A DNA stretch of 64,000 bases from the human T2T-CHM13v2.0 reference genome, Homo sapiens. The DNA is taken from assembly GCF_009914755.1 (NCBI RefSeq), contig NC_060948.1. One strand, given 5' to 3'. The translations under genes were made by a program, and so were the position numbers. Below, piece after piece: positions 26,445 through 38,545 of the stretch (positions are counted from its first letter, which is position 1; each line of letters opens with the position of its first letter). The notes under the pieces were generated by a model, which saw nothing but the letters and a program-made list of their open reading frames with translations, did not search any database and was not told the DNA's origin.

Positions 26445-27080
26445 TGTTGTACCCAATTGAGTTAGAAAAAAGCCACACTTTGAAAAGAATTAAGAGTCCT
26501 TTATTCAGCTGGTGGCCAAAGAGATGGCTAACGCTCAAAATTCTCTCAGCCCTGAGGAAGGGGCTTGATTAACTTTTATACTTTGGTTTAGGAAAGAGAG
26601 GGGAGCTCAAATGCAACAACCCTTCAGAAGTAAAAACATGCAAAAAAATTAAAAGGACAAATGGTTACAGAGAAACAATGTAAAAGACAAATGCCTACAA
26701 AAAGGCAAGGTACCAGGTGCCGAGCTCTAAATCCTGCATAAGAGTTAGATATGGGCACTACGCTGGACAAAAACTCAAGGCTTTATGGTGTTATCTTTTG
26801 AGCAAAATCCTGGTAACTCCATACATTGTTTGTTCCAGTACCTTATCAGTTAATTGGACTCTTTGATATGTTGAGAACCTGCTTATGCAAGTTGACTCCT
26901 TGAGGAGAGGGGGTGGGTAAGGAGTCCTTAATGTCTTGTAAATCAAGGGGGCCAGATGGAGCTCCTCTGGCTTTCTCAGCTAAGGGAGAGTCTATTCACA
27001 TGGAAACGAGGCTAGGTGATTAAGGGAGCAAAAGGGAGAGTCTAAAAACAGGGTTAGTGAAAACAAGGTTGGGAATTACA
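26445..27080 (-). mobile_element. LTR6 (HERV-T/S71) solo LTR
   Basis: Minus strand starts tgtaattcccaaccttgttttcactaaccc. Exact 4-bp TSD cacc. Confidence 0.8.
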
Positions 27081-27228
27081 CACCAGCATTATGCAGTTGA
27101 CAAATGCCATGGCAACATCAGGAAGTTACCCTATATGGTCCAAAAAAGGAGTCCTCAGTTGTGTAAGTTGCCCACTCCTTTTCCAAAAAACTCATGGATA
27201 ATCAAACCCTTGTTTAACATACAAGCAA

Positions 27229-27600
27229 CTTATTAGACTATTCTCACACTGCTATGAAGAACTTCCCAAGACTGGGCAATTTTTAAAGGAAATAAATTTA
27301 ATTGACTCATGGTTCCCTATGGCTGTGGATGCATCAGGAAACTTATAATCATGGCTTAAGAGGAGATAGTCATGTCCTACATGGTGGCAGGCAAGAAAGC
27401 ATGTGCAAGAGAAAGCAGGGAAAAAGTGCCTTATAAAAGCATCAAATCTCTTGAGGACTCACTATCATGAAAAAAGCATGGGGAAAACTGCCCCCATGAT
27501 CCCATTACCTCCAACAATGTCCCTCGCTCTACATATAGAGGTTATGAGAATTACAATTCGAGATGAGATTTGAGTGGAGACACAGAGCCAAACCATATCA
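27229..27600 (-). mobile_element. THE1/MST (MaLR) solo LTR
   Basis: tattagactattctcacactgctatgaag...gacacagagccaaaccatatca. Confidence 0.88.
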
Positions 27601-28216
27601 ATCCAGAAGTAACTATAAGTGTAATCTGTTGAGCAGCCCATACTGATGCTCTGCCTATGGAGTAGCTATTCTTTTATTCCTTTACTTTATTCATAAGCTT
27701 GTTTTGTGGATTTTCCCTGAATTCTTTCTCATGTGAGGTCCAAAAACCCTATCTTGGGGTGTGGATAAGGACCTGTTTCACCTAACAGTACCAACCAATA
27801 TCCACCGTTCTGGGACCCATCCCTTCTGGAAAGGGAGTCCTTTGATCTTGCTCCAAGCCCTCTCTGGTTTTAGCTTTCCCCATTCCAGGACCCATGGGAA
27901 AGAAATAGTGTGTAGGTGAAATATGGATATGTGAGGCTGTAGCAGCATCAGAGTTTCCATAAATGTATTGATAGCACATACGGCAGAGTAGAGAACACTA
28001 AAATGTGAGTAGGTGTGACCAGAAAACTATTCAGAGAAAAGGAGGCCTACTGTATAGTAGGATGCAGAAGTGTCCAAAACAGATATTGTTTCTACCCATT
28101 GGAGCAATCAGTTAATGTTCCCAAGGGCCATGATGCGCAGGAATGAAGCTCTCCAGGAAGCTGTGAGTGGTTTTAGACTCTTGATAGCTCAGTGAAGATA
28201 TTTTCATTGCCAGCTG

Positions 28217-28470
28217 TGAAACAGTCCCTATAACCTTTATAAAATTAATCATGGAGGAAGAGAAGGGAGAAAAGAAAATAAAGCAAGCTTGCAGCCTATG
28301 CGGCATTCATCCTGAGGTCAACCTGCTGTCTGCCTTTGCAACCTCATGGTTTGGTGCCTCTTGTCCTAGAAGCACAGAGATGCTACATTTTACTTTGCCT
28401 GAACTACTCTGGCAACAGCAACTTGAATATTAGGAAATATTACATTTTACCTATGAGATATTTTTCACAC
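28217..28470 (+). mobile_element. Old ERV1 LTR fragment (MER34/MER39-like)
   Basis: tgaaacagtccctataacctttataaaattaatc...aagcttgcagc. Confidence 0.55.
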
Positions 28471-28599
28471 CTTGGCTTTCTCCATTCCTATAACAATAAT
28501 TGCAGCAAGGCATGTGTAGAAGCTCAAACTTGGGGATAGTGATGGTGATGAGAAATCTATATAGGGGTTAAAATTTTATGGTACTACACATGCACATAC

Positions 28600-28803
28600 A
28601 TTTCACATAAAACCCATGAAAACAAAACGATATTATTTAGTGAAGACATTGCATCAATGTCAGTTGACTGGGTTTGATGATCTGTGATAGTTAAGTTAGA
28701 TGCTTTTATTGGAGAAAGCTAAGTGAAGGATACACAGGAACTTTATCATTTTTGCAATAATTTCTGTGTCTTAAAAAATTATCTTAAAAGAAAAAGTTAA
28801 AAA
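28600..28803 (+). mobile_element. Old L1M 3' end
   Basis: ggagaaagctaagtgaaggatacacaggaact...tttgcaa...aaaaagttaaaaa. Confidence 0.6.
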
Positions 28804-29061
28804 CCCTTAATGAAATGCATGATGGTTTCGTTTCTACCCGTTTGAATCAGAGAAGAGGAAAATGTGAAATCATTTTATTTTAAGATTTGTTCAACTAGAG
28901 GAGCACTGAGTGGATCAGTCTCTCTGGACAATGGCCAGAAGTGACCAGTAAAAATCAATCCTGTAGACTTCTGCATTCACAGTATATATTTGGTCTTTCA
29001 ATCACTTGAATGGGATCAGGGTAAATTCTAAAGCTCATTCGATGTTTGCAATGAACTGATA

Positions 29062-29729
29062 TAGCCAATTCTCAATACTCTCAGCAGTGATTTTATAAAA
29101 CCACCAAAAACACTGAATTAGCAAAGACTGAACCTTGGTACTTTGAGAAATATGAGATTAGGTTCCTGTTAGGGTCTAGTCACATTTTCATCAAATAATC
29201 AATACATAGCCTTGTTTTAGGTGTGTGTCTGTTTAAAGCACATTATTAAATAGATATTTATGACTTCTTTTTATTGAACTCATGTCCAACAACTATAACT
29301 CCTGCCTGAATACCTGACAGAAGCTTCTCTAACATACGTATTTTCTCTATAAACAACATCACAACCTTCTTGCACTTAGAAGAACTAGACAGCACTCAGG
29401 CGTTACACTTGGGGGTCTTTTTAAAAAGCAAAATTACCAACAGGAAGAGGTTACATTTTGCAAAATTGCAAAAAGCATGACATTCAATAGACCACAAAAA
29501 GACGTGTGTTTACAGTATGAGTTGAAATAAAAAGGTAGAGCTCGTCCTAGCTCAGCTGGAACTGTGCAAGTCAAGTGCAAAGGAAATGTGCACATGGGTG
29601 GCACCTTCCAATTTTTTATTGCTCAAATTTCCATTAAAATGCAATGAGTATTTAATTGGGGCTACAAAGGGATTAGAGCAAGTACTTGAATTTGCAAAGA
29701 GAGAATCTGTGAGCAATGAAGATTGACTC
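29062..29729 (+). mobile_element. MER82 (TcMar-Tigger non-autonomous DNA transposon)
   Basis: aacactgaattagcaaagactgaacc, aatacatagccttgtttt and gaatctgtgagcaatgaagattgact match MER82. Decayed terminal inverted repeats. Confidence 0.8.
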
Positions 29730-31684
29730 TACTTAGGTAATCCGCAAAAGACCTTGGTCTCTGGCATTCACAACCTTGTTTATACCATTCTGCTGGACCA
29801 GAGTAGCACTGGGATATAGTTTATCCAACCCTATGTGGCCGAAGGTGACTGCACTCATCCTGGGTTTAAAAAGGACTGAAAATTTCTGCTTTGTGACATG
29901 GGATAAGTCACCCTACAACTACTTTGAGGCAGCTATATTGACAGAAGCCTGAATGGCCCTTATGGAGGAGAACCAAGGACAGTCAACAGCAATACTGAGC
30001 TCTTGATCTTCAGACAGCATTTCTCTGCCATGCCAACACATAAGGCCATCTTGGGAGTAGAATGCTTTAGTCACACACAGATGTATCTGCTTATGTCCCA
30101 GAAAGCAGAGCAGTGCTATGTCTACCAAAGTTTTCTAGGTGTCAGGATCCCAAACAGATGACTGAAATGGGCATAGTCATAGCCCATTTTCAGCTGTTCT
30201 TTCACTACCTGATACACAGCTTGCTACTATGAGATGGTTGCCTTGGCTTCTAAGACTGTTTACTCAAATTCCACTTGTTTTGAAATGCAAATGTGCACCT
30301 TCCCAATGCAAGGGATCTCTTCCAAGAATTAAAGAAACTAAACAGGATGCTACCCTTCAGCTCTCCTGAAATGTCTATGACCAATTTCAAACATCAATCA
30401 CAGTCACTAGGAGGTTCTATATTTTCCTAAGCCTGTTTTTTGCCATTGTCTACTTTGTTTTTGAAACAGCTATGTTATGCATCTGGGAGAGACTAACAAG
30501 GGTTATGTTTTGGCTGAATATTTATTATTTAGTGTTGCTAGTCAAATTATTTCTTACAAGGTTATGTCCAGGTGGAAGAAAGGTAAATATTGACAGAATG
30601 TGATGTTAAACACTTACTCTATGACCTGAAGGTCAATCAACCCAAAGTATATTAGTAACAACAATTTTTCATTTATATATCTGGCCTCTCAACATCCTGG
30701 AAGGTAAATGACCTGAAATAGGTAAATGATCTGAAATAAATAATAGTATACATGATGTATAGATGGATACTTCTTGTGTTTACCTAAAAAAAGGTGGTGA
30801 ACACACAAGTTTATTTGCATCCCCAAGACAGAGCCCCATATGGCCCCAGTGGGCCTACAATGGGTGGGTCTGGGCAGAGCAGCCCCAAATCTGTTAAACA
30901 AGAAATGAAACTTAATCACAAGCGTGCCATGATGGTGATAAACAATGTCTACCTAACTCTCTAGGGCTCCATGATTAGATATTTAAGTTGGGAACAAACT
31001 ATGCATTACCTATAGTTGGAATGAATTTTTAAGCTCATTAGTTAAGTGATAACTCCAGGAATGTTCTGCCACATGTCTGTAGGGTGTCTAGGGATTTTTA
31101 GCACAGCACAATTCCCAAAAGAAGACTGGTAATAACATCAGAAACCATGCTTCTAAGGGAAGTCTGCAGAGGGAGAGAAGTAGGAGTTGTTTGAATGAAC
31201 GCACCAGAACATTCAAATTGTCAGTTGTTCTGGAGACAGAAATAATAGAAAGCCACCTTCAATACATGACATGTCAGTATGAGCGAAGTGAACTGAAAAT
31301 GTAATGTGCAATTAGTTTTATTTTTTTGCCTAACGATGTGAATAGAAAGTCATTTCTACCAGGAGGACTTTTACCTTCTTCCACTTTTGCATGTTGTCTG
31401 GGTCAGAAATATTCATTTGGAACAAAGTAAACAATAATTTGCTGCTGTTGTCAGCAAACCAGATGCAAGAAAAGGGCAAGACACCATCTAGCAATCTCAA
31501 GAATACAATTATGCAGTTAGCAGAACTGAATAACTATTTTAAATAAATAAAAAATAAACATAACTCCTAATTCAGCCCAACCTTCCTAAAACTATACCTT
31601 TCTACCCCCTGGGAGGTACTGAGACACCTGAGAAGAACAGAATGGACGCTGATTTCTTGAGACTTTGACATCCTAGAATACTCT

Positions 31685-32046
31685 TGTTTTAATCCATTTG
31701 TGCTGCTATAACAAACTACTATAGACTGGATGGCTTAAACAACACACATTTATTGCTGACAGTTCTGGAGGCTGGGAGCCCAAGATCAAGGGGATGTGGC
31801 AAAATCTGAGTCTGATGGGGACCTTCTTTCTTTTCCATGGGTGGTGCCTTCTTACTGTGACTTCACATGGTAGAAGGGGGCAGGGGAACACTCTGGGATG
31901 CTCTCTTTAGAAGGGTGATAATCCTATTAATGAGGTTCCACCCTCATGACCTAACCACCTCCTAAAAGTTCACCTGTTAATACCATCACCTTGGGAGTTA
32001 AGTTTCAAGCTATGCATTTTGGAGGGACATATTCAGTAAATAGCAA
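31685..32046 (-). mobile_element. MaLR LTR (MLT1A/MST-like)
   Basis: tccatttgtgctgctataacaaa...cagttctggaggctgg...ccctcatgacctaa...tagca. Confidence 0.8.
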
Positions 32047-32273
32047 CTAAGTTTCCACTGCAAATAGACTAAAGTGGCCATTTAAGAGAGGGTGAGCCTT
32101 GCACAAACTTTTCCAAGCAGCCACGTGGGAGTATTCAGCAAGACGTTTTGATATGAAATTTTTTCATCTTTCTCCTAAGTGAAATTCAAATTTGTTAAAA
32201 CTACCACAATAGATATTAAATAATAGAGAAGTGGTAAAGGTGAAGGTATTCTACGTAAAGTAACTGAGGTCTT

Positions 32274-32315
32274 GGCTGGGGGCAGTGGCTCACACTTATA
32301 ATCCCAGCACTTTGG
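32274..32315 (+). mobile_element. Alu 5' fragment
   Basis: ggctgggggcagtggctcacacttataatcccagcactttgg. Confidence 0.75.
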
Positions 32316-32455
32316 TGCTCCACACAAAGGTGTTTGGCATTTTGTAGCTGGAGCATATGACTCATGGCCAGGCTTTTTCCACCCATGGACAGCCTTCTAA
32401 GGAAGAATTCCTGCCTTCACTTCTGATTTTACATCAGAAATAAATAGTGTATGAT

Positions 32456-33365
32456 TGTATGAGTTAGCTGCTGCCATGTAACAAATGATCACAGTCTTCG
32501 TGACTTAAAGCAACACACATTTACAATCTCACCATTCGCAGGCACAGTAAGTCTGGGTGTTCTGCTCACAGTCCCACAAGGCGGAAATCAACAGACGAAC
32601 CATTTTATTTGAATTTTGAGTCCTCTCCTGAGCTCTGTGGCTATTATCAGGATTTGGTTCTTGGTGGTTGTTGGAATGAGGTTATCAGTCCATTTCCTGG
32701 CATAAGGCCCTCTTCATTAATGTGTTAATTTTCTTCTTTAAGGCAAAAAGGAGGATAATTTTTGTTGTTTGAAATCTCTTTGTCTTCTCTTGCCTTTTGT
32801 CTATAGAAGCACTTATTAAAAATTCACTTGATTAACTCAGGTCCATCCAAAATAACCTCCTTTTTCATTAACATAAAGTCATTTAATGAGCTATCTCAGT
32901 TACTTTGTTTTTTGTTTTGTTTTGAGATGAAGTTTTCCTCCTGTTTCCCAGACTGCAGTGCAATGGTGCAGTCTCAGTTCACTTCAACCCACCTCCTGGG
33001 TTCAAGCAATTCTCCTGCCTCAGCCTCCTGAGTAGCTGGGACTACAGGGTCCTGCCACCACGCTATGCTAATTTTTTAATATTTTTAGTAGAGATGAGGT
33101 TTTCCCTTGTTGGCCAGGCTGGTCTGAAGTTCCTGACCTCAAGTGATCCACCTGCCTCAACCTCCCAAAGTGCTGGGTTTATAGATGTGAGACACTGCAC
33201 CCAGCCAAGACCTCAGTTACTTTGTGTAGAATACCTTCACCTTTACCATGTAATGTAATCTAAATACAGGAGTGACATTCATGCTATTTCACAGTCCTAC
33301 CCAAATTCAAAGGGAGAAAATTAAACAGCGTGTCTGCATTGAAGGCAAGAATCTTGAGATCATTT
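32456..33365 (-). mobile_element. MLT1-type MaLR LTR split by an Alu
   Basis: gtaacaaatgatcacag..cttaaagcaacacacattta and ttcacagtcctacccaaattcaaaggg. Confidence 0.65.
32904..33206 (-). mobile_element. Alu (AluS-like)
   Basis: Dimer with TSD ctcagttactttgt. Confidence 0.9.
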
Positions 33366-33408
33366 TATTTTTCTTTCATTATAGATTCAGAAGTTACACT
33401 TGCAGTTT

Positions 33409-34267
33409 TGTTTCAAGGGAACCCACTCCTGATAATTCATGTGGTTCTTTTCTATTTTCCAGTCTGAGAAATAAAGGGAAAAAATACAAAAGAGAGAAAT
33501 TTTAAAGCTGGGTGTCTGGGGGAGAAATCACATGTTGGCAGATTCTGTGATGCCCCCTGAGCCATAAAACCAGCAAGTTTTTATTAGTGATTTTTCAAAA
33601 GGGGAGGGAGTGTATGAATAAGGTGTGGGTCACAGAGGTCACATGCTTCACAAGGTAATAAAATATCACAAGGCAAATAAATGGAGTCAGGGTGAGATCA
33701 CAGGACTGGGGCAAAATGAAAATTGCTAACGAAGTTTGGCCTAGACATGCATTCTCTTTCTCAGTGTTGTTCCTTGCTGAGAAAAATAATTCAGTGATAT
33801 TTCTCCTATTTGCTTTTGAAAGAAGAGAAATATGGCTCTGTTCCACCCTGCCCACAGGCAGCCAGACTTTGTCACCCTTGTTCCCTGAACATTGATTTTA
33901 TCCTGTTCTTAAGGTGCCCAGATTTGATATTGTTCAAACAAACATGCTCTATGAACAATTTGTGCAGTTAAGGCAATCATCACAGGGTCATGAGGTGACA
34001 TTCTTCCTCAGCTTATGAAGATGACAGGATTAAGAGAATAAAGTAAAGACAGGCATAGGAAATCACAAGAGTATTGATTGGGGAAATGATGAATGTCCAT
34101 GAAATCTTCACAATTTATGTTCAGAGATTGCAGTAAAGGCAGGTGTAAGAAATTATAAAAGTATTAATTTGAGGAACTAATAAATATCCATGAAATCTTC
34201 ACAATTTATGTTCTTCTGTCATGGCTTCAGCCAGTCACCCATTCATGATCCCTGACTTCCTCTAACA
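33409..34267 (-). mobile_element. MER11 (HERV-K HML-8) solo LTR with internal deletion
   Basis: Minus strand starts tgttagaggaagtcaggga, with the typical duplicated aaattgtgaagatttcatgga. Confidence 0.9.
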
Positions 34268-34600
34268 GTCAGATGCAGGGTTTGGGTTTCTGTTGAATCC
34301 ACCATGCAAATAGTGAACCTAGTACCCAATAGGACATTTTACAGCCTTTGTTCCCTCCCTTCCTCACCCCTTTTGAATCCACCGCTTTTGAAGTTCATTG
34401 TTTCCATCTCTACACCCATGTGTATTCACTGTTTAGCTCCTACTTATAAGGGATAACATGTGATATTTGGGTTTTCTCTTTCTGCATTTATTCATTTAAG
34501 ATAATGTCTACTAGCTGCATTCATGCTGCAGAAAAACACGTGATTTAATTTTTTTATGGCTGCACAATATTCCACGGTGTACATGCATAATATTTTCTTA

Positions 34601-34871
34601 TGGAACAGAGCCATATTTCTCTTCTTTCAAAAGCAAATAGGAGAAATATCGCTGAATTATTTTTCTCAGAAAGAACAACACTGAGAAAGACAATGCATGT
34701 CTAGGGGTAAGCCTCTAAAATGGCCACTTTGGGGACATCGGCCTTTTATGGTTGTAGATAAGGGAGGAAATAAGCCCTGGTCTCCTGTAGTCCTTCCAGG
34801 CTTATTTGGGTGAGGAAATAACCACCTAACAAATTTTCATCAGACCAGTTGTCTGCTCTCAAATCCTTTCT
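34601..34871 (+). mobile_element. MER11 internal fragment, inverted relative to the neighbouring MER11
   Basis: 34601-34705 is the reverse complement of 33740-33845 with 4 differences. Confidence 0.9.
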
Positions 34872-35252
34872 CAATCTGCCATGATGGACACTTACGTTAG
34901 TTCCATGATTTTACTATTGTGAATAGTGCTGCAATAAACACATAAGTGTGTGTGCCTTTTTGATATAATTATTTTTTTCTCTTTGAGTAGATACCCAGTA
35001 TTGGGATTGCTGGGTAGTTCCATTTTTAGTTGTTTGAGAAATCTCCATGCTGTTTTCCATATAGTTTACACTAATTTATATGCCCACCAGCAGTGTATAA
35101 AAGCTTGCTTTCCTTTGCAACCTAGTTAACATCTGTAATTTTCTGACATTTTAGTGATAGTCATACTATTTTATTTTGGTGTTAATTTGCATGTCTCTGA
35201 TGATTAGTGATGGTGAGCATTTCTATATTTTTTGGACTGCTTGTGAGTCTTC

Positions 35253-35523
35253 TTTTTTAAAAAAATTTATTATTATTTTTAAAAGAGTCTTGCTCCTTCT
35301 CCCAGCCTGGAGTGCAGTGCCATGATATTGACTCACTGCAACCTCCAAATCCTAGGTTCAAGTGATTCTCCTGCCTTAGTTTCCTGAGTAGGTGGAATTA
35401 GAGACAAGTGCTGCCACACCTGGCTAATTTTTATATTTTTAGTAGAGACGGGGTTTCACCATGTTTGCCAGCCTGGTCTCAAATTCCTGACTTCGTGATC
35501 TGTCTGCCTTGGACTCCCAAAGT
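35253..35523 (-). mobile_element. Alu
   Basis: Dimer lacking its 5' tip. Confidence 0.88.
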
Positions 35524-35556
35524 TTATGTAGTGTATGTCTCCTTTAAAGGAGTATG

Positions 35557-35710
35557 GGCCAGGCATGGTGGCTCATGCCTGTAGTCCCAGGAGGCTCCAG
35601 TGAGCTTTAGTCATGCCACTGTTCTCCAGCCTGAGCAAGAGAGTAAAACCCTGTCTCTAAATACATACATACATACATACATACATACATACATACATAC
35701 ATACATAAAA
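35557..35710 (+). mobile_element. Collapsed/monomeric Alu with (TACA)n tail
   Basis: Alu 5' end joined to the Alu 3' end, with an (atac)n microsatellite at 35661-35707. Confidence 0.8.
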
Positions 35711-35926
35711 TGTAGCCTGGGATGGTTTACAAAAATTTGGAAAAATTTTAGCCTGGAACAGGCCTAAGTTGTCACAAGCAATTCTCATAGGCAACTGGTA
35801 CAGCACAGCATGCAGCACTCTGTAGGCAACAGTCTGTTTGTTTCTCTGCCCACTCTACGTAAAGATGTTTTAATGTGAGTTGCTGCAAAAGCTCTCAAAG
35901 ATGCTGTCAACTCAATCACAAGCCAT

Positions 35927-36572
35927 TGAGGGGTGAAGCCAGTTGGACTTCCTGGGTCTAGTGGGGACTTGGAGAACTTTTCTGTCTTACAAAAAAAGGA
36001 CTGTAAAGTGAACCAATCAGCAGCTTCTAGCTAGGATGTAAAATGTACCAATCAGTGCTCTGTAGCTAGCAAGGGGATTGTAAAATTCACAAATCAGGGC
36101 TCTGTAAAAATACACCAATCAGCACTCTGTAACTAGCATTAGTATTGTAAATTGCACCAATAAGCACTCTGTAAAATGCACCTATTAGTGCTCTGTAAAA
36201 CACACTAATCAGTGCTCTGTAAAATGCACCAATCAGCACTCTGTAAAACACACCCATTAGCAGGATCCTAAAAGTAGCCAATCGCAAGGTGTATTTAAAA
36301 CAGGACATTGTGATAGGACAGAAATGGAACATGGGCAGGGATAAATAAGGGAATAAAGCTGGCCACCCCAGCCAGCAGTAGCAACCCACTTGGGTCCCCT
36401 TCCATGCTGTGGAAGCTTTGTTCTTTTACTCTTCACAATAAATCTTGCTGCTGCTCACCCTTTGGGTCTGTGCCATCTTTAAGAGTTGTAAAACTCACTG
36501 TGGAGGTTTGTGGCTCCATTCTTGAAGTCAGTGAAACCACAAATACACCAGAAGGAACCAACTTTGGACATA
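35927..36572 (+). mobile_element. LTR12-family solo LTR
   Basis: tgaggggtgaagccagttggacttcc...ggacata. Exact TSD ccat. Array of ctgtaaaatgcaccaatcagca units. Confidence 0.93.
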
Positions 36573-36813
36573 CCATGATGCCCCCTTTTGGAGGCTTAGC
36601 TGGTCCTTCCATCTGAGGCTCCAAGTAAAAGAATATTTGTAGCTCTCTGATATCTCCTCCATCGTTAAATAAGCTAAAGTCTTCCCATAAAACTTACAGG
36701 TGAAGATAAAAGCCCTGGGCCTTTTTATTAATTTTCCTTTTCTAAACTCATGCAGATCCACAGACACCAGCATTTATGACTGTCATTTGCCCATAAGTTA
36801 AAAAGGAGACCCT

Positions 36814-37113
36814 GACTGGGTGCAGTTCCTCATGCCTAAAATCCCAGCACTTTGGTAGGCTGAGGCAGGTGGGTCACAATGTCAGAAGTTCAAGGCCACC
36901 CTGGCCAACATAGTGAAACCTTGTCCCTACAAAAAATACAAAAAATTATTGGGGCATCTTGGTGGCTGCCTGTAATCCCAGCTACTTGTGAGGCTGAGAG
37001 AGGAGAATGGCTTGAACCAAGGAGGCAGAGGTTATAGTGAACTGAGATAATGTCACTACACACCACCCCAGGCTACAGTATAAGACTCCATCTCAAAAAA
37101 AAAAAAAAAAAAA
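36814..37113 (+). mobile_element. Alu (AluS-like)
   Basis: Dimer with A tail. Confidence 0.9.
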
Positions 37114-37984
37114 GCTAAAATAAAAGAGCAGATGCCTGCAGTCTGGACAACTTTCTCCAAAAAGAAGCCCTAGTATCGCTGTCCCTGATCTTTCTTTGAG
37201 AATAGAAAAGGAAACAAACCTCAGGCAATCGTCTAGAGTTGAGGTATTCACTTAACATACAAGCAGGAAATAAGAGCCTGACATTGACAGGAACAAACAA
37301 CAGCTCCCTTTATAACTGTAATTATTATCCCATTTACACTGGGATGTGAATTCAACAAGAAAAAAGAAAACTCAGTAGGTGTGGTCAGGACAATTGCATC
37401 CCAAATACCCATTAAAGAACAGATGATAAAGTCTCTGTGGTTACATTTTGAGCATCTTTTGTCCTTGAAGAAGGATGACAAAACTCTCTTTTTTTTCTTT
37501 TTTTATTTTTAGTGGGATTCAGTTGGATTCCCTTTGTATCCCTCAAGGATCTCTCACATTTTAGGCTGAGGAAGGCCAGAGAAGAGAATGGAGAATTCCA
37601 TCATCATAATTCCACAGAGAAAGACCAAGTTTCAGGATGTCTTCAGGTGGACAGTGTCCAGTGTGTCATAGATCTCAGGCTCTTACAAAGTGATGTGGGA
37701 GATCCCCAATACATGTCTCTTTTCTCCTGCTGCACCCCTTCCTACTGCTAATCTAATTAACCCATCTCTTATCCTCCCACTGTGAGCTTCACCTCTTCCT
37801 TCTACTCTGAGATAGGCTTCTAACTGTTTAGCTAATGTCTCTCTCCCCTTTCTCCATATTATCCAGAATTTAATTTTGTTTTAGGTCGTCTCAGTTTAAA
37901 GGCTACAACCCCACCCTCCTCTGTTACTATGAGATTTTGAATGGGGTCTGTTGGGTGGCGCCTCTGTGAAAGCTGTGAAAAACG

Positions 37985-38545
37985 AAGTGCATTTGGAGAT
38001 TTCTCATAGAACTTAAAACAGAACTACCATTCAACCTAGCAATCCCATTACTGAATATATAACCAAAGGAAATAGGTTGTTTTACCAAAAATAACATGCA
38101 TTCATGTGTTTATTGCAGTACTGTTCATATTAGCAAAGGCATGGATTTAACCTAGGTGCTTGTCAATTGCAGATTGAATGAAGAAAATGTGGTAGTTATA
38201 CACCACATGAAATACCACAGCACCATAAAAAAATAAAATTAGGTTATTTGCAGCAACATCATTGCATTTGGAGGCCATTATCTTAGCCAAAGTAACACAA
38301 TTCATGTTTCTTAGTGGGAGCTAAATATTGGCTACTCAGCAACATAAAGATGGGGACAATAGATACTAGGGACTACAAGTGTGGGATGGAAGAAAGGTTA
38401 ATAAACTAACTAGTGGGTAATATGCTCAGTATCTGGGTTATTTGATCATCCCAAACCTTGGTATCAAAAACATACCTATGGAACAAACTGGCACATGTAC
38501 TGCCTGAATCTAAAATAAAAGTTGAATTTTATTTCAAAAAAAAAG
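37985..38545 (+). mobile_element. L1PB-like 3' end
   Basis: ggagatttctcatagaacttaaaacagaactaccattcaacctagcaatccc...ctaaaataaaagttgaa. Confidence 0.85.

Larger units (their letters stand above)
26153..27787 (+). mobile_element. MER41B-like solo LTR split by LTR6 and THE1
   Basis: tgtaagaagcatttgaaccagagtgactccatcttgaa start. Pieces at 26153-26444, 27081-27228 and 27601-27787. Confidence 0.85.
33367..35252 (-). mobile_element. L1PB/old L1PA 3' end, interrupted by MER11 and a MER11 fragment
   Basis: Collinear pieces at 33367-33408, 34268-34600 and 34872-35252 (agtacccaatagg, gggattgctggg, ctgatgattagtgatg). Confidence 0.8.

Noticed and set aside
34090-34215. Direct repeat tccatgaaatcttcacaatttatgttc
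   Set aside because: Intrinsic feature of MER11 LTRs.
37512-37751. 79-aa ORF after a polypyrimidine tract as a coding exon or processed pseudogene
   Set aside because: No recognisable protein similarity, weak donor and no TSD.
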